Assembly (NCBI GenBank): GCA_964016885.1
Contig: OZ024746.1
Location: forward strand, 21,018,001 to 21,082,000
DNA length: 64,000 nt
Origin: Eledone cirrhosa
Taxonomy: Eukaryota
Direction of reading: 5' to 3'
The translations under genes and the position numbers were made by a program. Of this stretch, positions 42,376-58,366 are shown piece by piece (the first letter of the stretch is position 1; the number at the start of each line of letters is the position of its first letter). Under the pieces are notes generated by a model, which ran no database searches, had not been told where the DNA came from, and was given only the letters and a program-made list of their open reading frames with translations.

Positions 42376-42495
42376 TGGCAGTATCGGTAGAGGGTCGGAC
42401 ATGCTTTCCAGCATAGTTACGTCCCTTTACGATCTGAGTTCAAATCCGGCCGAGGTTAACTTTGCCTTTCATCCTTACGGGGTCGATAAAATAAA
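42376..42495 (+). mobile_element. SINE family A copy (partial), head-to-head with the previous copy
   Basis: Matches 20385-20520. Confidence 0.8.
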
Positions 42496-44519
42496 CAATT
42501 ATTAATATTCGATTCGTTTGCAAGCAAACAGCCTCAAAACGTCATCGTAAGTTGTACCAGTGACATCGAAATAACATCGAAATCAAGAATACAAAACATT
42601 GCCCGGTTCGAGAATCAAACTCATAACCACACGACTGTGAGCCTAACGCTTAACCACTAAGCTACGTGCCTTAAAAAAAAAAAATATATATATATGCATA
42701 TATATATATATATATAAAATATAAAGTTATAAAAAGATCACTAATACCGCCAGCTGTTTCTTTGTGGTTTACATTATATGTCGCCATTCACTAAAATTAG
42801 TCGTTTATATTACATACCAAATCCTGAAAGTAAACATAAAGAACATATTAATAAAGACAGAAAGATTGTAATATGAAACATAATTTCGAACAATGGTTCA
42901 ATTATTGCTAAATTATGTACTTCGTTTACTGTATATTATTACCATTACAATCAAACATAATCATGTTTTATGTTATAAAACAAACACACACATCATCTAA
43001 ATTACATTGCTGATTGTTTTCAAAAACAATAAGTTCATTCGTGTGTAACAATATATAGATTTTGTTAAATTAATGAATAAAAGGAAAAAATATTTGTCTG
43101 CGATGTAATTTTCTAAATTAGATCTTGTCTGTGCATACATTTTTTATTATTAAATTACACATGCAATTGAAAACTTGTAACATGAAATACACAGTAAGCA
43201 GACATTCGTCATTATTCGCTTTTGTGTATCTCGCAATATGAATTTGAATTCGGAGAGAAAGCATTGTACAAGAGGTCTCAAATGTTCGCTGGTATATTAA
43301 GAAAATCACCAAATATATTCGTATATCTTACTGATGTATATTTTATTGTTGTATATTTTAAAATTTCTGGAGAAAATAAAAGAAGCAGGACTACCATAAT
43401 GTTTAACGTTGAAAATTCATAAAAGCACTATATTATGAATTATTCATTATTATATTTGATCTTTCAAACTTGGACATTTTCTACAAGCGATGTAGAAAGT
43501 AGAAAGGTGGAGGAGATAAGCAAAACAAAAATAAAAAAGAAAGAAAAAAGAAAAGAAAGGAAAACTCAGAAAAATATGCAGAAGAAAATCAGAACACGAA
43601 TGTATATAACTCATAACATCTTAGATTAAATAAATATTTTAATATTTGTGTTGTGCTAATTTTAATAAGATTTTTTTTCTTTATTATTCCAACACATAAA
43701 CTAATCGTAATCATAAAGATTTCAATATGTACATGTCTGAATGTTTTAAGTATCAGAGGAAATGCTATGCAGCATTTATTTATTGCTAGTTTACTCTTTG
43801 AGTTTGAAATACACAGAGGTCAGCTTTGAACTTCATTCTTCTGAAGTCGATAAATAAATAATTATTTAGTTTGGTACTTTCAATAATCCCGTACGATAAA
43901 AGGAAGTAAAATATACACTTGGCGATTGAAAAAAAGAAAGAAGAAAAACGGATTAAAACTGCCTCGTTTTGTAGACGGGTTTAATAATTCCTGCTGAAAT
44001 AGACTTTCAAGGTTCTGACAAATAAAATACGCCGATACACTTCTGTATGAAGTCATATTGGCTAAAATGCTTTACTACTATCTATAATTTTCCTGAAAGT
44101 TATATGGATTTGAGATATGTGCAGATATGATGATAAACAATCTTATTTATAACATTGCAAATCTAATATATTATGCATTAGACTCGGGATGTGGACGAAC
44201 GATTTTCTGAGGTTCACGACTTTAATAAAGATAATGGTGTTAAATGACGAAGTAAGTTTTGTTTTGAGTAAATAGCGTATAATTTAAAATTAACAGTGCG
44301 GAGTTATATTGCTCGGTTATCAAAATGTCTCGAATAATCCACCTTTTAAGGTACATACCACATATATGGGAAGTGTTGAAATAAAGCAATATTATTTGCA
44401 ATTTTGAAACTTTGAACCATAAGAAAATGTCAGAGGACATAAACATTGCTGCAAGAGTTGTAGAATTTTTCACCTGTTGATGCAGTGTCATTTTAAAAAG
44501 TCCGAAAATAAATAGCTAC

Positions 44520-45395
44520 AAATTACAAAAAAAGCAATTCAATATCTATTTTTTCTCTTCAACAAAGTCAACAAATGGAAGAAAAGCTTAAGTGACAGAC
44601 AATTGTGAAGGGAAATAAGAAGCAACGACAGAAGTTGTGAAAAAGCTAAAAAGATAAACGAGGTTACCGAATGCCATGCTATCCTATGCACGTAAAATAT
44701 ATGAAATAATGAGTAGCACGGGAAAATCGGTTGTAATAGTGGTAACACGCAATAAAATAGAATAAATAATTGGATATAAATATACCAATAACATTGAGAG
44801 GAAACATTGAATATGTGAATGGAACCTGGTTAAAAAGAGGAAATACGAAGTGGCTCAAACGAATGAGAACGCCATGATCAACAGCAGAAATAAATTGTAT
44901 ATGGCTGTCCAAACACAAAAGGTGAATATATGTGTAGCTATGACAACATTGTAGCTTTCAATAATTGGAAATTATATTAGCATTATGAAATACAAACTGA
45001 AATATATGACAAGCATAAACCGTAAATGGCCTCAGAGAATGACAACGTGACCATACTGTAGCATATGCCAATCGATATATACACGGCAAATCAAAGCAAA
45101 TCAACTAGATATTGTTGTCAAGGATCGCCATGGAAGGAAAGGAAATTTTCCCTTATCGAATTATGAGTTCCAACAAAAGATAACGTATTTCTAAAAGGAA
45201 GAGAAATGGAGATATGGAAATAAATATGTTGGATATATTTGTATTGAACATAGAAACAATCCCTATAATAATGTGTGCCATGGAAATATTAAAACAGATA
45301 CAGACAAATGAATGTGTGCAATATTTTGCCATACAAACATACCCAACATACAAACAACATTACTAGACAATGCACAAATAAACAATAGAAGAAAG
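44520..45395 (+). mobile_element. Degenerate R4/Dong-type (RLE) LINE C-terminal remnant
   Basis: WLKRGN, ENDNVTIL*, IKANQLDIVVKD, IETIPIIMCAM, NIQTTLLDNAQI. Confidence 0.7.
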
Positions 45396-46229
45396 AAGGA
45401 ACCGATCGACAAGATCCAAGACCTCATTCGCTTACCGAGTGGAAATCGGACTAAGGAAACGATGTTTCCATTACTCTATTCATTACTGATACTATCTACC
45501 GGTCACAACCCCTGACAGAAAGGGCAACGTGGAATAAAGTGTCTGGCTCAAGGATATAATGGATCATTCGGTCCGGGAATCGAGCTCACAACCTCATGAT
45601 TGTGAATCCAATGTTTTAATCAATAGGAAGCAAGAAAAGAAAAACTATATGTAACCAATGTTCCATGTCAAAAGCCACTAACTACAGATGAATTCGTAAC
45701 GTTGCCTTCGTTGCATACGACGTATGTTTATTAAATATTTAGTACATTTATTTGTATCTATTTTGTCGAATCGGAAAGATGAAAGTCAAAGACAACCTCA
45801 GAGGAAAGTAAATTCTGAACGTAAATGAACAGAAATATATACCACGGTACAAGGTCAGAGTGTAATTTAAACTTTTGCATAACTCAAAATGTGAAGACTC
45901 CAAATTATTATTAAAAGTTTTACACAAATATCAGCTCAAAGATTATATTTCATTCTCGTAAGATATCTTATGGAATGTAGATAATGTTAAATGTGTAAAG
46001 CACTTTGATATCCATGGATTTCATACGTCAGGTTTCTAGCATTCATTAGGTTTCGAGATTTTATTTAGATACATAGTGTCTAACGTCGGCAATATTACAT
46101 ATTTGCCTTGTAAAAGAATACGATAGACATAGAATATTACCAAATATTAATGACAAACTCAAAACCTTTGTAGCCAAATGGAAGAGAAAAATAACTCATT
46201 AAATGTAAACGATTAATTAATGAGCTTAA

Positions 46230-46460
46230 TTAATCTTGGCCCCCGAACCAAATCCCTGCTCACGACTATCGTAGCGGAACTGGCTAACCGCAAGTGCAAG
46301 CCTCTCGAGGTGGAGTGGTTATTCCAGTCCAGTGCGTCTCCCTCGACCTCCTCCAAGGCAATGTCGTCTCCATCCTGTAGGCCGGGACCACAAGGCGGAT
46401 TGTCCCTTAGTTTCATGTACGGTAGTGTCATATGGAATAGATTTACTTCCACAAACATAC
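46230..46460 (+). mobile_element. CRE-clade LINE 3' fragment
   Basis: LGPRTKSLLTTIVAELA..EVEWLFQ / CVSLDLLQGNVVSIL; homologous to 28035-28254. Confidence 0.65.
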
Positions 46461-46976
46461 GTTCGTTGCTATTAGACAGTATAATATACGATTGTTATTG
46501 ATAGTTAAATTAGATGATTGCTATCCAACGGACTACCAAACCTGGAAAGTAGATTTTAGCTAAAATACCCATTTTAAAACAGTGTTTAATTGATATTTTA
46601 AAAAGGAATTAATTTAAAATCTATACAGATTCAAATATTTTCCGGTAATAATGATTTTTGCTATCTTAACTTACTAAAGAAAAAAAAAAAACTTAGAGTG
46701 ATATTCGTTTGCTTTTCTAGCTATCCTTCCTTATTCTGTTTATTTTATGCACAGAGACGACTTTATATTGATTCCTTTTATAGAGGTTAATAATGGTGAC
46801 AACGTAGTTGAAATAGATCTGTCGTCAGATTGCTTATTTAAATGTTAACGATCCAGGTTCAGAGCTAATAATTACCAAACTACAATTATATGGTACCGTT
46901 TAAAAAAAGAGAAAAATACAATGGACAATATAAAAACCTGAATCAATATTGCCATAGTGATTATCTAAGCTTCAGA

Positions 46977-47216
46977 GGGATTGGCAATAACGGTAGAGCG
47001 TCAGACAACATCCTTTGCGGTATATATAATTACGTCTCTTTACGTTCTGAGTTCAAATCTCGTCGTTGTTAACTTTGCCTATCATCATTACGAGGTCGAT
47101 TAAATAAAATACCAGTAACGCACTGGGATCGATTTAATCGACTTTACTCTCCCCCCCCCCCCCCCCCCCCAAAAAAAAAAAAATTATTAGCCTTGTTCCT
47201 AAATCAGAAACCATTA
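46977..47216 (+). mobile_element. SINE family A copy
   Basis: GGATTGGCAATAACGGTAGAGCGTC...TTCTGAGTTCAAAT...CCTAAATCAGAAACC. Confidence 0.75.
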
Positions 47217-47628
47217 TCTAGACTTAAAAAACAACACTCGGTGATTTAACTGATATCTATTTAAATACAACTTGGTGGCTTGAGACAAGAGACAAGGATT
47301 CGCCGGTTTTAGTAGAGGGGATAATCATTATAGTAATGTTATCGTAAGAACTACGTATACAAACAACCAATCTAATTCTGTAATATTCTATGTGTAAATC
47401 ATAAAGCAAATATAATTACTAGACAACTTAATGTCTAACGTCGATTTTCGTCCTGTTTCTTGACACGTAATGGTTATTGTATTTAGTATGCAATTTATTG
47501 TGGTCAGATTTATGTTATATATTTTGTGTCAAATATAAATCTTATTTGACGTTGTCTACACATACAAACAAACAGAAGACACATGCACACGCCCCACACC
47601 CACACGCGCACATATATATATACATATG

Positions 47629-47772
<144 letters not shown>

Positions 47773-48027
47773 GTAAGGTGCATTATTGGTTGTGTAAAAT
47801 GGTCCAATAACATAATGTTAGCAATATTAAGTTCTCCACGCTTTTGTATATCTCCAATTCCATTCGAGGGAACAGCTAGATGATGTAAGACGGAGTATAA
47901 GTATCAAAATGAAAATCTGATGAGCTCCGTGACAATCGATCATAACTTCACAATCGATCTATCTCTTATTGAAACATGTGTCGTGATTAAATGATTGGAA
48001 TTTTACCTTGCCTTCGGATTTTCATTT

Positions 48028-48070
<43 letters not shown>

Positions 48071-48078
<8 letters not shown>

Positions 48079-49218
48079 GGAGGATATTTGTTCGCAAGAT
48101 TACTGTCTAGGAAAAAATAACACATTAGTTTTATTTTTTAAGATATATTTATCAAACTTGGGTCAGTTTGTCTTCATGTCTTGTTCTTTCGATCTCACTC
48201 GATAAACGCACCGTTGGCTTTGATGACGGCCTCAAGGCGGCCTCGGAACCGGCTACAGGCCTTCGTCACTGTCCCCCGACTTAGGCCCCTAAAGGCGCAC
48301 GAAGTTCTCTGACAGCCAGGCTTGGGTCTTTCGGCTGGTATGGCAGGGCGCTGAGTCTCGCTGCCACACGTACGGCCTACCTGCAGCTAGCTGGTCGATC
48401 CAGGGCTTTACTACCTCGCTCAGAACGCGGATGTAGCCAGGGAAGAAGTGAGGTGGCACGACGTCACCTTGACTGCTTACGACACCTAAGACCAATGTTG
48501 TTGCTGGAAACTTTGTCTGCATGACTCTGGGCACGTCTTTGGATGAGACAGCGAGCCACATGTTGTTCTGGGAGTTGATCTTCTGGTCTTGGCAGAAGAT
48601 TTTCTCGTCGGAGAAAAAACACAGCATGTCTGGCTCCAGTGGGTGTTTCAACTTGTTGATCAGCTTCTTTGCGTGCTTAAGTCGCTTTTCTTGCATCGCC
48701 TTTGACAGAAATTGTCCTTTCCTCATCTTGTATGAAACGTAGCGAATGTCTTCATGTACCACCAGCCTAATGAGCTTTTCATCCACGCCTTTCTCCCTTG
48801 CAATGGCACGCATCGACTTGCTAGGTTCATTGTTGATGATATCCTGAACTTCAGCGACAAACTCAGGCGTTCTGAAGGCGTCAGATCGTCGATCATGTGT
48901 TTCCTCTCTGATTCTGCTTCGTAGTCGAATCCTGAATCTTCCAATTCATTTCTGACCTTTTCCACCATTCTCCTGCTGACGCTGAGAAAGTCTGAAATTT
49001 CCTTATTTGTCCTCCCGGCGCGGATTCCAAGAAGAACTCCGTGTCTCTTCCACAAATTTGGAGGTTCAAAATTATTCATAATCAATTATTCTGAAAATAA
49101 ATAATGGAAATATAGTCACTGTTTTTTATGAAGACAAGAGTGACAACAGAAGTAAAAAAAAATTGCATAAAATTAGCAGTTGAAAATTGAATTGCGAACA
49201 AATATCTTCCACACCATG
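48071..49218 (-). mobile_element. Tc1/mariner DNA transposon (probably DD37D/maT type), defective
   Basis: 27-bp imperfect TIRs (..GGA[G/A]GATATTTGTTCGCAA) at 48071-48097 and 49192-49218; TA flanks. Confidence 0.9.
48195..49085 (-). pseudogene. Frameshifted, internally deleted transposase
   Basis: HTH N-terminus, FFSDEKIF, WQRDSAPCH, KACSRFRGRLEAVIKANGAFIE*. The WPP-SPDLNP segment with the third catalytic residue is missing. Confidence 0.9.
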
Positions 49219-49285
49219 TATATATATATATATATATATAGTGACGAAACATAAGTCAATTGCATGAACTCATAATCCTTTATTT

Positions 49286-49341
49286 ACTGCTATATATATT
49301 TCGATGATAGCCATTGAATGGCTATGACCTCATCAGGCAGT
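49286..49341 (-). ncRNA. Type I hammerhead ribozyme in a short (TA)n-flanked insert (~49241-49405)
   Basis: RC: ACTGC-CTGATGA-GGTcATAGCCAT tca ATGGCTATcATC-GAAA-TATATA-TA-GCAGT. Confidence 0.82.
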
Positions 49342-49413
49342 TAGTCAGTTCTTAGATATGCCAGCTCTGTGTTTTTTGGTGTTGATGGTTTCAGAGCCTT
49401 GGGACATATCTAT

Positions 49414-49486
<73 letters not shown>

Positions 49487-49811
49487 AAAAAAGATGAATT
49501 CGAAAATGCAACTGGAGTCTTATTTAAAAAAAAATATATATATTTATTTGGTTCCTTTACCGGTTTCGCAGTTCTGTTTCGCAGGGTCTGTGATTTTTCT
49601 CACATCTGGTGATGTGAGAATATATAAACAACCATCTGGTTGTGGAACCAACCAACCAACCGGAAATTTATAAATTTATTATAATAAATTTGAAGTGAAA
49701 GCAACTGGTGCGTGTGTTTCTTATTGGCAACATAACCCTCCCAAAGTATAACAATATCGGTTTCAACACACGTTTTCAGATAAAGAATCTTGCTAAACAA
49801 ATTCAGTAACG

Positions 49812-49892
<81 letters not shown>

Positions 49893-49897
<5 letters not shown>

Positions 49898-50666
49898 AGT
49901 ACATCTACCAACATATGTGTACAGATGTACACTCATGCTAGCAAATATATAAGTTATGTCTTAGTACCTATGTGGTTCTATGCAGGTGAATGCAGAACAA
50001 TTATATGAAAGACGTAAAATAAGAAAATTTTAAAAATTAAAAATCAACTTACCTACTAAAATTTTCACTCCAACTAATTAGTTTCTGTAATGGGATAAAT
50101 ATAGTTACATAATATATATAACTATAGAGAATTCATTACGTCATCGGGAGTCTATTCTCAGCTAAGTTCCCAGGCAATGCGCGGACACTAGGAACCCATA
50201 TAAAAATAATAATTGAGTAGATGGAAAGAAGCTAGCGTGGACTAAATTCCGGAGCACTGAAAAAGTTTCACTGCCTCTGGTCAGTGGCAGATTCTAGAGA
50301 ATCAATCACGTGACACTGAGGTTAATCAGTTAGGAGCGGGGTGGTATTATGACAAGAGCCTACTACTACCATGAAACAGCAGTAAATTTTGGCGAGTTTT
50401 GCACAACAAATAATTTGGAGATAAATATAGAGAATTAGTACATCTACCAACATATGTGTACAGATGTAAACCCATGCTAGCAAATATATATGTTATGTCT
50501 TAGTACCTATGTGGTTCTATGCAGGTGAATGCAGAACAATTATTTGAAAGACGTAAAATAAGAAAATTTTAAAAATTAAAAATCAACTTACTTACTAAAA
50601 TTTTCACTCCAACTAATTAGTTTCTGTAATGGGATAAATATAGTTACATAATATATATAACTATAG
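49893..50666 (-). mobile_element. Retrozyme-like family R2, second locus (539-bp period)
   Basis: Repeat 49893/50432. HHR 50067-50151: ACTCC-C(-)GATGA..GAAA-CTAATTAG-TT-GGAGT. Confidence 0.8.
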
Positions 50667-50728
50667 CCTCGGTGTTTGCATAGCTACTGCTTCCTAAAAC
50701 CGTGTTTCTTTAGAAATACTAAATTTCT

Positions 50729-50812
<84 letters not shown>

Positions 50813-50829
50813 ATATATATATATATATA

Positions 50830-51015
50830 GGAAGAAAGTCAGTACCCGAAGGCTGAGCTCTGGCCGTTTCGACAGCTGGATTAGGATCTAGCTGTCGAAA
50901 ACGGCCGGAGCTCAGCCGTCGGGGTCCTAACTATCTTTCTATTACCCACTCTACTACCCTCTACTACTCTGGTGCGTTATGGTCCACCTTGTATCTTACC
51001 ACAACCCTCTTTGTT
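50830..51015 (+). mobile_element. H1-subfamily fold-back
   Basis: Hairpin centred at ~50882 plus H1 tail; (TA)n flanks. Confidence 0.75.
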
Positions 51016-51081
51016 ATATATATGTTATATGTATATATATATAAATATATATATATATATTATATATATATATATATATAT

Positions 51082-51225
51082 AACGAAGGAAATATGATAA
51101 GGAACCAGGTGGACCATAACGCACCAAAGTACTCAATACTTAGGGTAGTAGAGTGGGTAATAGGAACGAGTAGGACCCCGACGGCTGAGCTCAAGCCGTT
51201 TCTATGGCTAATTCTGGATCTAAAA
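51082..51225 (-). mobile_element. H1 3' end without the inverted arm
   Basis: Matches 33581-33718. Confidence 0.85.
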
Positions 51226-51227
51226 TC

Positions 51228-51272
<45 letters not shown>

Positions 51273-51824
51273 AAAGTATGTCCATAGAATCATTTGATAA
51301 AATATATACAGTATTTCCTCTCCCAATCAGCATAATCAACCACACAAAAATCAATTAAACAAGGCTATAAGATTAAAAGGCACCCATGAAGAAACAATAG
51401 ATAAATAAACGATAGCTATTTATCCGCGATCAACAGCCACAGAATATTTACCCAGCATTTCTAATAGCACGTGTAAATCGATGAAATATATCGTCAACCA
51501 TACACAATTAGGTATAAAATCAAGTTAGAAGAAAAAAAATGTATATAAACATACCAAAATTATGTTTCTACCCCATGAGGTTTCATTCGCTTTTTGGAAA
51601 TATTCGATCAAGGATAAATTCACGAGTTTCGAAATCATCAGGAAACAAACTCACTTGGACGAAGATTTTTCTTAAATGATCCCCGCCAGAAACGAATTCA
51701 TAATGGCTAAGAACTGTGACGTGGCAGTGATCAAGTCAGAAAGAATGTGATTGGTAGCCTTACGGCGAGTGGGCTGGTTGCTAGAAAAGCGCAGCCTAAT
51801 ACTGCCTAAATTGCATATATATAT

Positions 51825-51946
<122 letters not shown>

Positions 51947-51999
51947 TTATATATATATATATTACAATACATACAATATATATATATACAATACATACA

Positions 52000-52256
52000 A
52001 TACAGTAGGGGGAAACATAATAATAGTACCACTGATGATGTTGCAGATGTGCAACGAAAGAAGTTTGTTAGACTATATATATGTATCTATGTTTTTGACC
52101 GTTGGTCAGTCAGTGATAAACATTAATGGCCAAATGAATTAACTATGCAGATATAAAAGATGCAGAAGCGAAAACCACCAACCAAAACAGTGTGTGTGTT
52201 CTGTTATTATTTTAGGCCCTATCATTACAGCAATATGACTCACCCCAAGTATAACA
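52000..52256 (+). mobile_element. pLTR-like repeat with an HHR-like core (52032-52065)
   Basis: CTGATGA-t-GTTGCA gatg TGCAAC-GAAA; RC of 13996-14255. Confidence 0.65.
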
Positions 52257-52269
52257 CACACACACACAC

Positions 52270-53182
<913 letters not shown>

Positions 53183-53454
53183 TATATTATATATATATAT
53201 TATTATTATTATTAATCGGCTCAGTATTTATACTTTGAGCTTAATAGTTACAGGGTTTCCATTGAGTTTTAACTCTAATTTTCATATATATTTCTGCTCC
53301 CCTTACAAGTTGAGCTTATTAAGTTGTGTGTGTTGGACTGTTATTTCTATTCAATACACGCTTACCACGTTTGACTAGCGGCGCACGAGGTGACAAATTC
53401 ATCTTTCTGTGTGAACGTTGGCAAATAGTGTTTGTGGCATTTAATCAGATTCCC

Positions 53455-53528
53455 CTCGCTGATGAAGCCCAGGATTATCTGTTACAAACACACTCAGGGC
53501 GAAACAGATTAGGGATAATCTGTCCGAG
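53455..53528 (+). ncRNA. Complete type I hammerhead ribozyme with a predicted loop II pseudoknot
   Basis: CTCG-CTGATGA-a-GCCC..GGGC-GAAA-CAGATTA ggga TAATCTG-TC-CGAG. Loop II GTTACAAACAC is complementary to upstream GTGTTTGTGGC (53428-53438). Confidence 0.88.
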
Positions 53529-53655
53529 AGATATAATGGTTATTGAGGCGGTTTGTATATTTTATCATTCTGTCTGCTTCTTGGTTAAATATTTCAAACA
53601 AATGTGGTTTTTCAACCCTTGTAATTTTAGACACACGGTTTACTGTGTTTCTTAC

Positions 53656-53848
<193 letters not shown>

Positions 53849-54294
53849 CAACAGGGAACTAGGAAAAACTGGGCAAGATTTGTTGAAATTCGATGAAATA
53901 TTTATTATAAGAAAAGGTCTGTAAGATGTGTTTCAATGAAGTTTTGTAATCGCCTACGAAAGCTGGATTATTACATGATCCATAATCCTATCTTGAACTG
54001 TATAGTTTAAATCTTCTTTTCATCAGATAAGTTCGGGGGAAACTGAGGTTCTGTGGAGGAGGTGATGCTTATATTACTATATAAGAATGTACACTTAACA
54101 AATAATATACAAGTAAAGTTATAAATAAATAAATAAATATATATATATATGTATGTGTGTGTGTGTGATTGTGTTTCTGTGTGTGGAGAAAATCCGTAGA
54201 TGGGAGATCAAGGAAAACAATGCTACAAGAGAGGTTATTTAGTGTAAATAATGTTTTATACATTTGACATGTTAAGTGCATGGAACATTATTTA

Positions 54295-54383
<89 letters not shown>

Positions 54384-54471
54384 CATATATTTGATACTAT
54401 ATTTAGAAATGACGTCTGCAGAACTGTTACATTCGTATGAAAAAATGGTAGTCCCGTAGAAGTCATTTCCT

Positions 54472-54604
<133 letters not shown>

Positions 54605-54804
54605 CCATGCGTGTTTACCGATATAAACCAGCGTGAAATTTCATCCCTTTTAATCAAAAACCTAATTAACAATTGATTAGAGCGCAATGAAATACGTACC
54701 ATATTGTAATAAATACAGAAGTCGATATAAACTACTCAGACCCTTGACACTGAAGCCAGTAAAAGAATAGCATAATTTAAATAATATATATAATATATGT
54801 AAGG

Positions 54805-54945
54805 GGATTTGGTAGAATCGTTAGATAAAATGCTTTGCGGTATTCCTTCCGTATCCTTTGCTCCCTGAGTTCAGATCCCGCTGAAGTCAACTTTGCCTTT
54901 CGTCCTTTCGATGTCGGTGAAAGAATATCAGTCTCGTACCGAGAT
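54805..54945 (+). mobile_element. SINE family A, degenerate
   Basis: CTGAGTTCAGATCCCGCTGAAGTCAACTTTGCCTTTC. Confidence 0.6.
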
Positions 54946-56781
54946 CAGTTCTTCTTCTATATCTCTTTCTGACTTCATCACTCTCAGAGAAGAAATCTAG
55001 TGTATTCAGATCTGGAGAGTGATATGGAAATTTTATAAAACTTCTCGTTCATAATCACTAAACTGATTCTCTTAGAGAATAGTATTAGTTCTACCACAGC
55101 ATTTGTATATTCTTAACATTGGCTATTGTGTGGCACTAACTTTTCTACATTGTGTATGTTTTTATTTTACCATTTTATCGTTTATCAAGTCTATTTAAAT
55201 GATGGGTTAAATATAGGGTGTTTTAAAGACGTTTGAGTCGTACCTACGAAGTTCGGGCTTCAATCTCAGTGGTTAGAAACGTGGGTAAGTGTTAAAAATT
55301 GCTTTCTGTGTATATATATATTTCGGCAGCTGAACACACGCTGTCGTTACGGCGTGAGCACAGCCGTCGGGCACTAACTATTTACAATACATGCCCTCTA
55401 CTATCCCAAGTATAGTGTACTTAACTGAACATGTTATTACTAGTCTAAAGTGATAACTCCCAATCTATATATGTATATACTCACACGTGCGTGTGTGTTT
55501 GTGTGTGTATATGTTTGTTTGTTTGTATGTATGTGTGTGCGCACGCGTGTAAATCAGAAGATACACATTGATAAAAATTATATAAATCGTTGACATTTTC
55601 CCCACAAAATTATTGGAGATAAACTTTTGTATAACTAGCAACACGATTGTTGATAAATTGCGAAATATAAAATAAATTAATATATGATATTATTATCAGA
55701 GTAAATGATAGATTAAACATTTTCTGTCTGTGTATATATTTAAAAAGTGACTGTTTGACTAATATGAATACAGTATAATCACTTCTATTTTGACATTGAT
55801 TAGTGATGTTATCCTAACTTTGATAATTTTTCTCGTTAATGTTTCAATTCAATAGAATTAAAGGCCCGATATTTTAATGCAATGAGGAGAGACATAAACT
55901 TGTAGCCAAAACCAAATAGCAGACGTGAATCTCTGGAAGTTTACATAACGCCACTTGTTAAATATTATATTATGATATAATCAAAATTAAACCAGAACGT
56001 GGAGAGAATACAAATCGTAGGACATATGTATTGGTATTGCGTCGCTCGGAGATCAGGGAATCGTTTCAGATAGAGCAGTTACTGCTTCGGTAATACAGAC
56101 ATCTGGTTAGAATGTCTAAAGGATCGCAGGTCAGCTGTTACGGGTAAACCAACTGACAGGAGAATAGCGATAGACCAGGAATAAGTTAGTTGGATAGTTC
56201 CACGAGCTCCGTTTTAGGTTATGTAGAACTGCATTATCCAGTGTATCCTTTCCTTTTACGTGACGGCAGCAGAACATAGTTTTTGAGAGATACGAGAGAT
56301 ACAACAGCTATTTCTAGCTGGACAATGTACCACATCATTGACTCTTTCAATACTAAAGAAATGATGATAATGTACGTGACGATTTTGTATCTTTTATTAA
56401 TATATTCAGGCAAATATTTGTTTAGCGTAATAAACAACTCCACATTCCTATGTATTCACTATCATTTGTTATGCTATCTTTATTGATTTAAATCTCATTT
56501 ACATAACTTAACATTTATTTATTACTGATAGATTCGGTCATGGAGATCGTAGGTCTATTGTATTTTGCAATTAGAAGGCTATCATTATTATCACATATCA
56601 TTATCATCATAGAACTATTGATTAACATGAATACAAAGTAGACAAAACAGATGAGGCTTACACAATTCTACTATTTAACACACTCACACAAACACACACT
56701 CACACACACACACACACACACAAACACAGACACACTCACTCACACACACACACTCTCACACACACACACACTCACACACAT

Positions 56782-56820
<39 letters not shown>

Positions 56821-56924
56821 TATGTAAAAGGTAAACAGAAATAACAAAAATAACAAAACAAATGGCACAGTACATGATAGAAATATATTAGTTTAACGCT
56901 TGAAATGGGAGGAAGAGACACTAG

Positions 56925-57250
<326 letters not shown>

Positions 57251-57853
57251 CGAATTTTCTGGTAGATTTGTAAAAAGTTTCATTTGTGTGTGTACGTATT
57301 GATGTATGTGTGTGTACGCATTAATGTATGTGTGTGTGTGTATGTGTTGACGTATGCATGTGTGTACGTATTGATGTATGTGTGTGTGTACCTGCTTAAT
57401 GCTATAAACAATTGGATTATCAAATTTGTTTTACATCTTTTCTACTAAATCATTACAGGATGTTAAGGATTAATATTTCAAATTTTTCAAACAATCTGTC
57501 CACTATAAAAGATACTCTAATCATATGAATTAACAAACCTGTTATTAAATATATTCTTCTAAATCATTACAGCATGTTAAATTAGACTTCAGGGGACATG
57601 AATAATTATTGTGGTCCCATGAGAAAATTCTTGAAATTCAAAAGGTCCTTGGTAGTGAAAAGGTGAAAAGATTTGGAGCTATTGACATAGACTCTATCTA
57701 TTGATATCTAATTTTTTAGCTTGCTGGGGGGTGAGGGTGGGGTGGGGGTAAGGAAATATTGATTATATCAACCCCAGTACTTAACTGGTACTTTATTTCA
57801 ACAGTATCAGGGTGAAAGGCAAAGTTTTTCTCATCAGGATTTCAATTTACCTC

Positions 57854-58366
<513 letters not shown>

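Larger units (their letters stand above)
36500..47560 (-). pseudogene. Decayed TLR-like relic 3
   Basis: LRR-like ATKLYLNRYQL (~47248-47280), NLTINNNRILY (~46478-46510), LPTLDTMYLNKIS (~46053-46092), KCPSLK..IHNSAFMNFQR (~43405-43482). TM-like ISIPFIYTTFLSVCWW (~38480-38540). TIR-like ISLSRCTLSYIDY..EAFYTARRRHMDDRPI**YHVFM (36598-36726). Confidence 0.6.

Noticed and set aside
47917-47985. CTGATGA...GAAACATGTGTC
   Set aside because: Stems I and II do not pair convincingly.
51619-51646. RC CTGATGATTTCGAAA
   Set aside because: No stem II or valid cleavage triplet; lies inside the TIR-like relic, so likely chance.
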